Below are positions 1 through 10,663 of a stretch of 64,000 nucleotides of DNA, in pieces. The stretch comes from Escherichia coli. Its GTDB lineage: Bacteria; Pseudomonadota; Gammaproteobacteria; Enterobacterales; Enterobacteriaceae. The position numbers and the translations under genes are program-made. The notes beneath the pieces are model-generated. The model saw only the letters and a list, made by a program, of their open reading frames with translations, ran no database searches and was not told the DNA's origin. The stretch's first letter is position 1; every line of letters starts with the position of its first letter. The stretch lies in NCBI RefSeq assembly GCF_046105845.1, contig NZ_CP151004.1; one strand, written 5' to 3'.

Positions 1-1496
1 CGTAAGTCGATATGTTTATTCTTCAGCCAGCTTTGCTGACGCTTCAGTTGCTCCAGCAGCGCACCGCCAACGCCACCGACGCCAATCACAAACACTTCGA
101 TAACCTGATCGGTATTGAACAGCATCTGATGAGTAACGCGCACGCCAGTGGTCGCATCATCGTTATTTACCACGACAGAGATTGAGCGTTCAGAAGATCC
201 CTGAGCAATGGCGACAATGTTGATATTGGCGCGGGCCAGCGCGGCAAAGAATTTCGCCGAGATCCCACGCAAGGTGCGCATACCATCACCTACCACCGAG
301 ATAATGGCCAGCCGTTCCGTCACTGCCAGCGGCTCCAGTAAGCCTTCTTTCAGTTCCAGGTAGAACTCTTCCTGCATTGCCCGTTCAGCTCGCACACAGT
401 CGCTTTGTGGAACGCAGAAACTGATACTGTATTCGGAAGATGATTGCGTAATCAGCACCACGGAAATACGGGCGCGTGACATCGCTGCAAAGACGCGCGC
501 CGCCATGCCAACCATTCCTTTCATCCCCGGGCCGGAAACGCTGAACATTGCCATGTTATTCAGATTGGAAATGCCCTTGACCGGTAATTCGTCTTCATCA
601 CGGCTGGCACCAATGAGCGTACCTGGTGCTTGAGGATTTCCGGTATTTTTAATCAGGCAAGGGATCTGGAACTGGGCGATGGGGGTAATGGTGCGGGGGT
701 GAAGAACTTTAGCGCCGAAGTAGGAAAGCTCCATCGCTTCCTGGTAGGACATCGACTTCAACAACCTCGCATCGGGCACCTGACGCGGGTCGCAGGTATA
801 GACCCCGTCAACGTCCGTCCAAATCTCGCAACAATCGGCGCGTAAACAGGCAGCCAGCACCGCCGCGGAGTAGTCGGAACCGTTGCGTCCAAGTACCACC
901 AGTTCGCCTTTTTCATTACCGGCGGTGAAACCTGCCATCAGCACCATGTGATCAGCCGGAATACGACTTGCCGCAATACGGCGGGTGGACTCAGCAATAT
1001 CGACGGTAGATTCGAGGTAATGCCCCACTGCCAGCAGTTTTTCGACCGGATCGATAACGGTAACGTTGTGACCGCGCGCTTCTAATACGCCGGCCATAAT
1101 GGCGATCGACATTTTCTCGCCACGGCAAATCAGCGCAGCGTTGATGCTATCCGGGCACTGCCCTAACAAACTAATGCCATGCAGGACATGTTTTATTTGG
1201 GCAAATTCCTGGTCGACGAAAGTTTTCAGTTGCGCCAGCGGGAATCCCGGCTGGGCGGCGGCGAGTCCCGTCAGAAGTTCGGCAAAAATACGTTCGGCAT
1301 CGCTGATATTGGGTAAAGCATCCTGGCCGCTAATGGTTTTTTCAATCATCGCCACCAGGTGGTTGGTTATTTTGGCGGGGGCAGAGAGGACGGTGGCCAC
1401 CTGCCCCTGCCTGGCATTGCTTTCCAGAATATCGGCAACCCGCAGAAAACGTTCTGCATTTGCCACTGATGTACCGCCGAACTTCAACACTCGCAT
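1..1496 (-). CDS. thrA: Bifunctional aspartokinase I / homoserine dehydrogenase I, 5' part (gene runs off window start)
   Basis: Minus-strand translation begins [17 protein letters not shown], immediately downstream of the thr leader; start codon rc at 1494-1496. Confidence 0.93.
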   Translation of the reverse strand, partial: MRVLKFGGTSVANAERFLRVADILESNARQGQVATVLSAPAKITNHLVAMIEKTISGQDALPNISDAERIFAELLTGLAAAQPGFPLAQLKTFVDQEFAQIKHVLHGISLLGQCPDSINAALICRGEKMSIAIMAGVLEARGHNVTVIDPVEKLLAVGHYLESTVDIAESTRRIAASRIPADHMVLMAGFTAGNEKGELVVLGRNGSDYSAAVLAACLRADCCEIWTDVDGVYTCDPRQVPDARLLKSMSYQEAMELSYFGAKVLHPRTITPIAQFQIPCLIKNTGNPQAPGTLIGASRDEDELPVKGISNLNNMAMFSVSGPGMKGMVGMAARVFAAMSRARISVVLITQSSSEYSISFCVPQSDCVRAERAMQEEFYLELKEGLLEPLAVTERLAIISVVGDGMRTLRGISAKFFAALARANINIVAIAQGSSERSISVVVNNDDATTGVRVTHQMLFNTDQVIEVFVIGVGGVGGALLEQLKRQQSWLKNKHIDL

Positions 1497-1522
1497 GGTT
1501 GTTACCTCGTTACCTTTGGTCG

Positions 1523-1558
1523 AAAAAAAAGCCCGCACTGTCAGGTGCGGGCTTTTTT
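1523..1558 (-). terminator. thr operon attenuator hairpin (GC stem followed by T-run on minus strand)
   Basis: aaaaaaaagcccgcactgtcaggtgcgggctttttt palindrome between thrL and thrA. Confidence 0.8.
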
Positions 1559-1576
1559 CTGTGTTTCCTGTACGCG

Positions 1577-1645
<69 letters not shown>

Positions 1646-1855
1646 TGTTGTGTACTCTGTAATTTTTATCTGTCTGTGCGCTATGCCTATATTGGTTAAA
1701 GTATTTAGTGACCTAAGTCAATAAAATTTTAATTTACTCACGGCAGGTAACCAGTTCAGAAGCTGCTATCAGACACTCTTTTTTTAATCCACACAGAGAC
1801 ATATTGCCCGTTGCAGTCAGAATGAAAAGCTGAAAAATACTTACTAAGGCGTTTT

Positions 1856-2542
1856 TTATTTGGTGATATTTTTTTCAATATCATGCAGCAAACGGTGCAA
1901 CATTGCCGTGTCTCGTTGCTCTAAAAGCCCCAGGCGTTGTTGTAACCAGTCGACCAGTTTTGTGTCATCTGCCACTGCCAGAGTCGTCAGCAGTGCCATG
2001 GCTCGTTCGCGTAAAGCTTGCAGTTGATGTTGGTCTGCCGTTGTGTCACTTTTCGCCGGTTGTTGTATTAATGTTGCTAATTGATAGCAATAGACCATCA
2101 CCGCCTGCCCCAGATTGAGCGAAGGATAATCCGCCACCATCGGCACACCAGTAAGAACGTCAGCCAACGCTAACTCTTCGTTAGTCAGCCCGGAATCTTC
2201 GCGACCAAACACCAGCGCGGCATGGCTCATCCATGAAGATTTTTCCTCTAACAGCGGCACCAGTTCTACTGGCGTAGCGTAGTAATGATATTTCGCCCGA
2301 CTGCGCGCAGTGGTGGCGACAGTGAAATCGACATCGTGTAACGATTCAGCCAGTGTCGGGAAAACTTTAATATTATCAATAATATCACCAGATCCATGTG
2401 CGACCCAGCGGGTGGCTGGCTCCAGGTGCGCCTGACTATCGACAATCCGCAGTTCGCTAAACCCCATCGTTTTCATTGCCCGCGCCGCTGCCCCAATATT
2501 TTCTGCTCTGGCGGGTGCGACCAGAATAATCGTTATACGCAT
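1856..2542 (-). CDS. lasT: SpoU/TrmH-family RNA methyltransferase LasT (YjtD)
   Basis: ORF track 1856..2563; start set at internal Met (MRITIILV...) to give 228 aa as I recall for K-12. Confidence 0.8.
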   Translation of the reverse strand: MRITIILVAPARAENIGAAARAMKTMGFSELRIVDSQAHLEPATRWVAHGSGDIIDNIKVFPTLAESLHDVDFTVATTARSRAKYHYYATPVELVPLLEEKSSWMSHAALVFGREDSGLTNEELALADVLTGVPMVADYPSLNLGQAVMVYCYQLATLIQQPAKSDTTADQHQLQALRERAMALLTTLAVADDTKLVDWLQQRLGLLEQRDTAMLHRLLHDIEKNITK

Positions 2543-2941
2543 ATTGCCACTCTTCTTGCTCAAATAACCGCGAACCGGGTGACCACTGTCAACTTATTAC
2601 GCGGTGCGAATTTACAAATTCTTAACGTAAGTCGCAGAAAAAGCCCTTTACTTAGCTTAAAAAAAGCTAAACTATTTCCTGACTGTACTAACGGTTGAAT
2701 TGTTAAAAAATGCTACATATCCTTCTGTTTACTTAGGATAATTTTATAAAAAATAAATCTCGACAATTGGATTCACCACGTTTATTAGTTGTATGATGCA
2801 ACTAGTTGGATTATTAAAATAATGTGACGAAAGCTAGCATTTAGATACGATGATTTCATCAAACTGTTAACGTGCTACAATTGAACTTGATATATGTCAA
2901 CGAAGCGTAGTTTTATTGGGTGTCCGGCCCCTCTTAGCCTG

Positions 2942-3082
2942 TTATGTTGCTGTTAAAATGGTTAGGATGACAGCCGTTTTTGACACTGTCGGGTCCTGAG
3001 GGAAAGTACCCACGACCAAGCTAATGATGTTGTTGACGTTGATGGAAAGTGCATCAAGAACGCAATTACGTACTTTAGTCAT
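2942..3082 (-). CDS. yjjY: Small protein YjjY (46 aa)
   Basis: Manual minus-strand translation MTKVRNCVLDALSINVNNIISLVVGTFPQDPTVSKTAVILTILTAT in the arcA upstream region; below the ORF track length cutoff. Confidence 0.6.
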   Translation of the reverse strand: MTKVRNCVLDALSINVNNIISLVVGTFPQDPTVSKTAVILTILTAT

Positions 3083-3177
3083 GTTACGCCGATCATGTTA
3101 ATTTGCAGCATGCATCAGGCAGGTCAGGGACTTTTGTACTTCCTGTTTCGATTTAGTTGGCAATTTAGGTAGCAAAC

Positions 3178-3894
3178 ATGCAGACCCCGCACATTCTTAT
3201 CGTTGAAGACGAGTTGGTAACACGCAACACGTTGAAAAGTATTTTCGAAGCGGAAGGCTATGATGTTTTCGAAGCGACAGATGGCGCGGAAATGCATCAG
3301 ATCCTCTCTGAATATGACATCAACCTGGTGATCATGGATATCAATCTGCCGGGTAAGAACGGTCTTCTGTTAGCGCGTGAACTGCGCGAGCAGGCGAATG
3401 TTGCGTTGATGTTCCTGACTGGCCGTGACAACGAAGTCGATAAAATTCTCGGCCTCGAAATCGGTGCAGATGACTACATCACCAAACCGTTCAACCCGCG
3501 TGAACTGACTATTCGTGCACGCAACCTGCTGTCCCGTACCATGAATCTGGGTACTGTCAGCGAAGAACGTCGTAGCGTTGAAAGCTACAAGTTCAATGGT
3601 TGGGAACTGGACATCAACAGCCGTTCGTTGATCGGCCCTGATGGCGAGCAGTACAAGCTGCCGCGCAGCGAGTTCCGCGCCATGCTTCACTTCTGTGAAA
3701 ACCCTGGCAAAATTCAGTCCCGTGCTGAACTGCTGAAGAAAATGACCGGCCGTGAGCTGAAACCGCACGACCGTACTGTAGACGTGACGATCCGCCGTAT
3801 TCGTAAACATTTCGAATCTACGCCGGATACGCCGGAAATCATCGCCACCATTCACGGTGAAGGTTATCGCTTCTGCGGTGATCTGGAAGATTAA
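3178..3894 (+). CDS. arcA: Aerobic respiration control response regulator ArcA (238 aa)
   Basis: ORF track; [20 protein letters not shown]... receiver domain plus winged-helix output domain. Confidence 0.97.
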
Positions 3895-3915
3895 TCGGCT
3901 TTACCACCGTCAAAA

Positions 3916-3941
3916 AAAACGGCGCTTTTTAGCGCCGTTTT
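3916..3941. terminator. Bidirectional rho-independent terminator between arcA and creD
   Basis: aaaacggcgctttttagcgccgtttt hairpin flanked by A and T runs. Confidence 0.6.
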
Positions 3942-3953
3942 TATTTTTCAACC

Positions 3954-5306
3954 TTATTTCCAGATACGTAATTCATCGTCCGTTGTAACTTCTTTACTGG
4001 CTTTCATTTTCGGCAGTGAAAACGCATACCAGTCGATATTACGGGTCACAAACATCATGCCGGCCAGCGCCACCACCAGCACACTGGTTCCCAACAACAG
4101 CGCGCTATCGGCAGAGTTGAGCAGTCCCCACATCACACCATCCAGCAACAACAGCGCGAGGGTAAACAACATGCTGTTGCGCCAGCCTTTCAATACCGCC
4201 TGCAAATAAATACCGTTCATTAACGCCCCAATCAGACTGGCGATTATCCATGCCACGGTAAAACCGATATGTTCAGAAAGCGCCAGCAAGAGCAAATAAA
4301 ACATCACCAATGAAAGCCCCACCAGCAAATATTGCATTGGGTGTAAACGTTGCGCGGTGAGCGTTTCAAAAACAAAGAACGCCATAAAAGTCAGTGCAAT
4401 CAGCAGAATGGCGTACTTAGTCGCCCGGTCAGTTAATTGGTATTGATCGGCTGGCGTCGTTACTGCGACGCTAAACGCCGGGAAGTTTTCCCAGCCGGTA
4501 TCATTGCCTGAAGCAAAACGCTCACCGAGATTATTAGCAAACCAGCTGCTTTGCCAGTGCGCCTGAAAACCTGACTCGCTAACTTCCCGTTTGGCTGGTA
4601 GAAAATCACCTAAAAAACTGGGATGCGGCCAGTTGCTGGTTAAGGTCATTTCGCTATTACGCCCGCCAGGCACCACAGAAAGATCGCCGGTACCGCTTAA
4701 ATTCAGGGCCATATTCAGCTTCAGGTTCTGCTTCCGCCAGTCCCCTTCAGGTAAAGGGATATGCACGCCCTGCCCGCCTTGCTCTAACCCGGTGCCGGGT
4801 TCAATGGTCAGCGCCGTTCCGTTAACTTCAGGCGCTTTCACCACACCAATACCACGCGCATCCCCGACGCTAATCACAATAAATGGCTTGCCTAAGGTGA
4901 TATTTGGCGCGTTGAGTTCGCTAAGACGCGAAACATCGAAATCGGCTTTTAGCGTTAAATCACTGTGCCAGACCTGACCGGTATAAATCCCTATCTTGCG
5001 TTCTTCCACGTTCTGATTGCCATCAACCATCAATGACTCAGGTAACCAAAAATGGATAAAACTTCGTTTCCGCTCCACGGTTTTATCCTCTTCCTGCACC
5101 GTATAAAGCTCGGTCACAGGAATAGCGATGAGCGGCCCAACGAGTTTTTGCGGCCCGCTGGTACTTTGGCGAATCGCATCTTCCACATCGCTACGGTAAT
5201 CAGCACGTTCGACAATCACCTGCCGAATCAGCATTATCGGAATCAACAACAGCAATACTGCACCAAACAGGGTGGTCATTTTCCAGAACAGGGGGGATTT
5301 CAACAT
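3954..5306 (-). CDS. creD: Inner membrane protein CreD (450 aa)
   Basis: ORF track; position downstream of creC; multi-TM hydrophobic C-terminal half. Confidence 0.88.
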   Translation of the reverse strand: MLKSPLFWKMTTLFGAVLLLLIPIMLIRQVIVERADYRSDVEDAIRQSTSGPQKLVGPLIAIPVTELYTVQEEDKTVERKRSFIHFWLPESLMVDGNQNVEERKIGIYTGQVWHSDLTLKADFDVSRLSELNAPNITLGKPFIVISVGDARGIGVVKAPEVNGTALTIEPGTGLEQGGQGVHIPLPEGDWRKQNLKLNMALNLSGTGDLSVVPGGRNSEMTLTSNWPHPSFLGDFLPAKREVSESGFQAHWQSSWFANNLGERFASGNDTGWENFPAFSVAVTTPADQYQLTDRATKYAILLIALTFMAFFVFETLTAQRLHPMQYLLVGLSLVMFYLLLLALSEHIGFTVAWIIASLIGALMNGIYLQAVLKGWRNSMLFTLALLLLDGVMWGLLNSADSALLLGTSVLVVALAGMMFVTRNIDWYAFSLPKMKASKEVTTDDELRIWK

Positions 5307-5363
5307 AGTCTTCTCCTTTGCAATGGCAGCAGGATACGAAGGCTATGTGGGAAGAATTTGAAG

Positions 5364-6788
5364 CTATGTGAAGTGACGGTGAAGTCGAAGCGAAGCCAGC
5401 ACGCCACCTTCCTGCACGTTGCGCAGCGTGACTTCGCCGTTAAACAAACGGGCGACCTCACTGACGAACGCCAACCCCAGACCGCTGCTTTTTTGCCCAT
5501 TTGCACGCGGCAAAGAGTAAAAGCGTTCAAAAATACGTGAAAGCGCGTAGTCAGGAATACCACTACCGGTATCCAGCACCTTAAGCGTGACGTGTTCCTG
5601 ATCCACTTCGGCGCTTAGCGTGATGCAACCGCTCTCGGGGGTAAAATCGATGGCGTTATCCAGTAAATTCCCCAGCGCCTGATCCAGTAACGCCGGTTCA
5701 GCAGCAACATTAACCTCGGTGGGCATAACATGCAAAGTGATGTTTTTTTCTGCCAACTGCACGGTACGCGCTTCGCTGACGCGGCGAAATAATGCCGCCA
5801 CATCAACAGCAGTCAGAACGACTTCCTGACGATTCTCCAGTCTTGCCTGGCATAGTAACGTTTCCACCAGCGCCTGCATTCGCGCATTTTGCGTCAGAAT
5901 GTTGTCAGTAAAACGAGCCACCACTTCCGGCGGCGGACCTTCGCGTAAAATTTCCGCCGCTCCACGAATCGCCGCCAGTGGGCTTTTTAGCTCATGAGTT
6001 AATGCGTAAACATACTGCTCAATATAGTTTTTCCCTTCCAGCTTCACGCGCATACTTTCCAGCGCCTGCGCGAGTTTACGCAGCTCGCTACTACCGAGAT
6101 CGGGGAGAGGAACGGGCTTATTGTCAGTGACGGAATCAGCATAGCGAGTGAGCCGGGCAATGGAGCGGTTGATCCACCAAACCATGCCTGCGCCAATCAC
6201 CAGTGCAATCCCCAACAAAATGGCGCTGGCCCATAAAATTCGCCGCTCGCTGCGCTTAATGACCGGAGCCATCGCCGCGTTCGATTTGCCTACGCTCAAA
6301 ACGCCAATAAGCCGCGAGCCGTCCATAATCGGCGCGGCAACATACATCACCGAACTTTCGGGATCGACAGGATTTTGCAACGTGCTGCGCGCACCATACT
6401 GACCACGCAACGTTAGCCAGACGTCATTCCAGCGCGAATAATCCTGTCCAACGGCTTTATTTGCCGAATCGAACAATACTTTGCCCTGCGCATCGGTCAT
6501 ATAGACATGATATTCATTGCGCACTTTGTTAATGCCACCGATATTGGCGCGAAACGGGCGATGTTGTAGCTGATTAAACGCCTGCGCCAGTTGCCCATGC
6601 GTTGGGTCCCCAGAGAGCAAATCGGGACGCGCCAGCTCCGCCAGCAACGTTGCGGTGTCGATCAACGTCCCCTCCGTTGCTCTTCGCACGCCCGGTTTAA
6701 CTTCTTTGACAAAAATAGCCAGTACGAACCAGGCCGCCACCGCCACCAGTAAAAAATAGCCCAGCAGCAACCGCATGCCGATACGCAT
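5364..6788 (-). CDS. creC: Sensor histidine kinase CreC (474 aa)
   Basis: ORF track; HisKA/HATPase motifs, overlaps creB stop. Confidence 0.9.
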   Translation of the reverse strand: MRIGMRLLLGYFLLVAVAAWFVLAIFVKEVKPGVRRATEGTLIDTATLLAELARPDLLSGDPTHGQLAQAFNQLQHRPFRANIGGINKVRNEYHVYMTDAQGKVLFDSANKAVGQDYSRWNDVWLTLRGQYGARSTLQNPVDPESSVMYVAAPIMDGSRLIGVLSVGKSNAAMAPVIKRSERRILWASAILLGIALVIGAGMVWWINRSIARLTRYADSVTDNKPVPLPDLGSSELRKLAQALESMRVKLEGKNYIEQYVYALTHELKSPLAAIRGAAEILREGPPPEVVARFTDNILTQNARMQALVETLLCQARLENRQEVVLTAVDVAALFRRVSEARTVQLAEKNITLHVMPTEVNVAAEPALLDQALGNLLDNAIDFTPESGCITLSAEVDQEHVTLKVLDTGSGIPDYALSRIFERFYSLPRANGQKSSGLGLAFVSEVARLFNGEVTLRNVQEGGVLASLRLHRHFT

Positions 6789-7477
6789 TACAGGCCCCTC
6801 AGGCTATATCCCATGCCGCGATGAGTATTAATCGGTGAAAGATCGGGGTTGATGGCGCGCAGCTTGGCACGCAGCGTTTTAATGTGGGTATCGACGGTGC
6901 GATCGTAGGTGTCCTGCGCATCTTCCCACACGCTATCCATCAGTTGCTGGCGGGACCAGACTCGGCCCGGTGACTTGAGTAACGTCTTCAACAATAAAAA
7001 CTCATACCGCGTCAGCGCTAATGGCGTGTCAAACCAGCTGATCTGCGCCGCGGGTTCATTCAATTCAAAATGTCCAATACGGATGACGGGAGACGGCGTC
7101 GAGAACTTCTTCACCCGACGCAGTAAGGTGCGCACCCTGGCGCACACTTCGCGGGGTGAAAACGGTTTAGCCACGTAGTCGTCAGCGCCAATTTCCAGCC
7201 CAAGCAGGCGATCGACCTCTTCACTTCGGGCCGTCAGGAACAGTACAGGTAACGCCGGATGGAGCGCCAGTAACTGGCGGCACAATTCAAAGCCACTGAT
7301 ATCAGGCAAACCAACGTCGAGAATCATGACATCGGGAACCTGCTGGCGAGCTTTATCCAGCACCGGCAAGCCTCGCTCAAAGACCTCGACGGCAAAACCT
7401 TCCTGCTGCAACATGTAGACCAGAGTGTCGGCTATCCCTTGCTCATCTTCCACTAACCAGACCGTTTCCCGTTGCAT
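6788..7477 (-). CDS. creB: Response regulator CreB (229 aa)
   Basis: ORF track; OmpR-family receiver plus winged helix. Confidence 0.9.
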   Translation of the reverse strand: MQRETVWLVEDEQGIADTLVYMLQQEGFAVEVFERGLPVLDKARQQVPDVMILDVGLPDISGFELCRQLLALHPALPVLFLTARSEEVDRLLGLEIGADDYVAKPFSPREVCARVRTLLRRVKKFSTPSPVIRIGHFELNEPAAQISWFDTPLALTRYEFLLLKTLLKSPGRVWSRQQLMDSVWEDAQDTYDRTVDTHIKTLRAKLRAINPDLSPINTHRGMGYSLRGL

Positions 7478-7489
7478 AAATCGCCTCTG

Positions 7490-7963
7490 TTATTGCCGCC
7501 ACGGCATGACAGGAACCGCGCTAATCGCGTTTTTCGGCGAACCTTCTACAACTTTGTCGGAGTAAGCCAGATAAGCGAGCGCGTTGCGTTTGGCGTCATA
7601 AAAGCGCACGACCTGTAACGACTTAAAGACCAGGGACGTGCGTTTTTTGAATACTACCTCGCCCTGAGCTTTGCCGTTTTTAATACGATCCGACAGTTCA
7701 ATCGGCCCGACTTGCTGACAAGAAATGGCCGCATCGGAGGTATCTTCCGCCAGACCCAATCCCCCTTTAATACCACCGGTTTTCGCCCGGCTCACATAAC
7801 AGGTGACATTTTTCACATCGGGATCGTCAAAGGCTTCCACAACAATTTTGTGATCCGGGCCGATCATTTTAAATACGGTGTCGACCGAACCAATCTCTTC
7901 TGCATGAGCCAATGGCCCCAGCATTATCAGGCTTAAAGACAGGATCAAATGCTTGTATTTCAT
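7490..7963 (-). CDS. creA: Periplasmic protein CreA (157 aa, signal peptide)
   Basis: ORF track; N-terminal signal sequence [21 protein letters not shown]. Confidence 0.85.
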
Positions 7964-8173
7964 ATTGTTACCATTTTTATCTATTACACGAGCAATTAGT
8001 TCGTCACGGTAAATAACATATTGATTAAGAACAAAATCTCAATACTTTTATTTCCGTCAAGCCCTAAAACATACTCTACTAAGAAAAAAACACTGAATGC
8101 TAAAACAGCAAAAAATGCTATTATCCAATTACCTGATGTCAGGTGCTCGTTGTTGAAAGGATGAGGATATTTT

Positions 8174-9043
8174 ATGGATCAGGCCGGCATTATTCGCGAC
8201 CTTTTAATCTGGCTGGAAGGTCATCTGGATCAGCCCCTGTCGCTCGACAATGTAGCGGCGAAAGCAGGTTATTCCAAGTGGCACTTACAGAGAATGTTTA
8301 AAGATGTCACTGGCCATGCTATTGGCGCGTATATTCGTGCTCGTCGTTTGTCGAAATCGGCGGTCGCACTACGCCTGACTGCGCGTCCGATTCTGGACAT
8401 CGCGCTGCAATACCGCTTCGACTCTCAACAGACATTTACCCGCGCATTCAAGAAGCAGTTTGCCCAGACTCCTGCACTTTACCGCCGTTCTCCTGAATGG
8501 AGCGCCTTTGGTATTCGCCCGCCGCTACGCCTGGGTGAATTCACTATGCCAGAGCACAAATTTGTCACCCTGGAAGATACGCCGCTGATTGGTGTTACCC
8601 AGAGCTACTCCTGTTCGCTGGAGCAAATCTCTGATTTCCGCCATGAAATGCGTTATCAGTTCTGGCACGATTTTCTCGGCAACGCGCCGACCATTCCGCC
8701 GGTGCTCTACGGCCTGAATGAAACGCGTCCGAGTCAGGATAAAGATGACGAACAAGAGGTATTCTATACCACTGCGTTAGCCCAGGATCAGGCAGATGGC
8801 TATGTACTGACGGGGCATCCGGTGATGCTGCAGGGCGGCGAATATGTGATGTTTACCTATGAAGGTCTGGGAACCGGCGTGCAGGAGTTTATCCTGACGG
8901 TATACGGGACGTGCATGCCAATGCTCAACCTGACGCGCCGTAAAGGTCAGGATATTGAGCGATACTACCCGGCAGAAGATGCCAAAGCGGGAGATCGCCC
9001 AATTAATCTACGCTGTGAACTGCTGATTCCGATCCGTCGTTAA
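8174..9043 (+). CDS. rob: AraC-family right-origin-binding transcription factor Rob (289 aa)
   Basis: ORF track; N-terminal AraC HTH and C-terminal GyrI-like domain. Confidence 0.9.
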   Translation: MDQAGIIRDLLIWLEGHLDQPLSLDNVAAKAGYSKWHLQRMFKDVTGHAIGAYIRARRLSKSAVALRLTARPILDIALQYRFDSQQTFTRAFKKQFAQTPALYRRSPEWSAFGIRPPLRLGEFTMPEHKFVTLEDTPLIGVTQSYSCSLEQISDFRHEMRYQFWHDFLGNAPTIPPVLYGLNETRPSQDKDDEQEVFYTTALAQDQADGYVLTGHPVMLQGGEYVMFTYEGLGTGVQEFILTVYGTCMPMLNLTRRKGQDIERYYPAEDAKAGDRPINLRCELLIPIRR

Positions 9044-9687
9044 CGCTGCAGCTCATCTAATGCAGGGGCGTCCAGATGCGAGATGTCCCCTGCGGTTTCA
9101 ACGACCCAGCCAGACGCCAGCCACAGGCTTTCCTGATAATCCACGCGCGAAATAGAACAGTTACGCAGACGTAAGCGGCGCTCTGCCCATGCTGGTAATC
9201 CGAGAATCGTACTCACCAGGCATCCCAGTGCAATACCGTGGCTCACCAGCAGCGGTCGGCTTCCCTGCGGTAAGTCCCGGCAAGATTCCAGTGCCGCATT
9301 GACGCGATCGCTGAGCTCCTGCATTGACTCGCCTTCAGGAATACGCCCGTCAACGGTGCCATTGACCAGCTGCCGACGCCAGTTCTCTTCTTCTTCGGTC
9401 AGAGAATCGATATGTCTTTTTTCCAGCACACCCATGTTTAATTCACGCAGGCGAGAATCAAAGATGATGTCACAGCCGCAGGCCTGGGCGATGATTTCCG
9501 CCGTACGCCGGGTGCGTCCTAAATCGCTACTGATGATATGCGTAATGCCAAGCTCTTTGGCACGGGTTGCCACCTGCATCGCCTGTTGCTCACCTTTGGC
9601 GGTCAGCGGGCTGTCAGACTGGCCCTGAATACGTCGCTCGGCGTTCCACTGCGTTTCACCGTGGCGGACTAGGTATACCTGTAACAT
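9040..9687 (-). CDS. gpmB: Phosphoglycerate mutase-family protein GpmB (215 aa)
   Basis: ORF track; MLQVYLVRHGETQWN histidine phosphatase motif. Confidence 0.9.
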   Translation of the reverse strand: MLQVYLVRHGETQWNAERRIQGQSDSPLTAKGEQQAMQVATRAKELGITHIISSDLGRTRRTAEIIAQACGCDIIFDSRLRELNMGVLEKRHIDSLTEEEENWRRQLVNGTVDGRIPEGESMQELSDRVNAALESCRDLPQGSRPLLVSHGIALGCLVSTILGLPAWAERRLRLRNCSISRVDYQESLWLASGWVVETAGDISHLDAPALDELQR

Positions 9688-9726
9688 GCTTTTTTTCCGT
9701 ATACTGCTGTAACGTTAATTTTCTGA

Positions 9727-10589
<863 letters not shown>

Positions 10590-10621
10590 TTAGCGGGGGA
10601 AGCAAAATGCCTCCCCCGGTT

Positions 10622-10639
10622 GTACTCGCTAAAGAGTAC
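10622..10639. promoter_or_regulatory. Candidate TrpR autoregulatory operator (GTACTC-N6-GAGTAC inverted repeat) in trpR promoter
   Basis: gtactcgctaaagagtac about 50 bp upstream of trpR start; resembles the TrpR box as I recall it. Confidence 0.5.
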
Positions 10640-10663
10640 GATAGCATATCATAAACGTGCGGA

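Noticed and set aside
3370-3855. 161-aa minus-strand ORF inside arcA
   Set aside because: Antisense to arcA, which is unambiguous.
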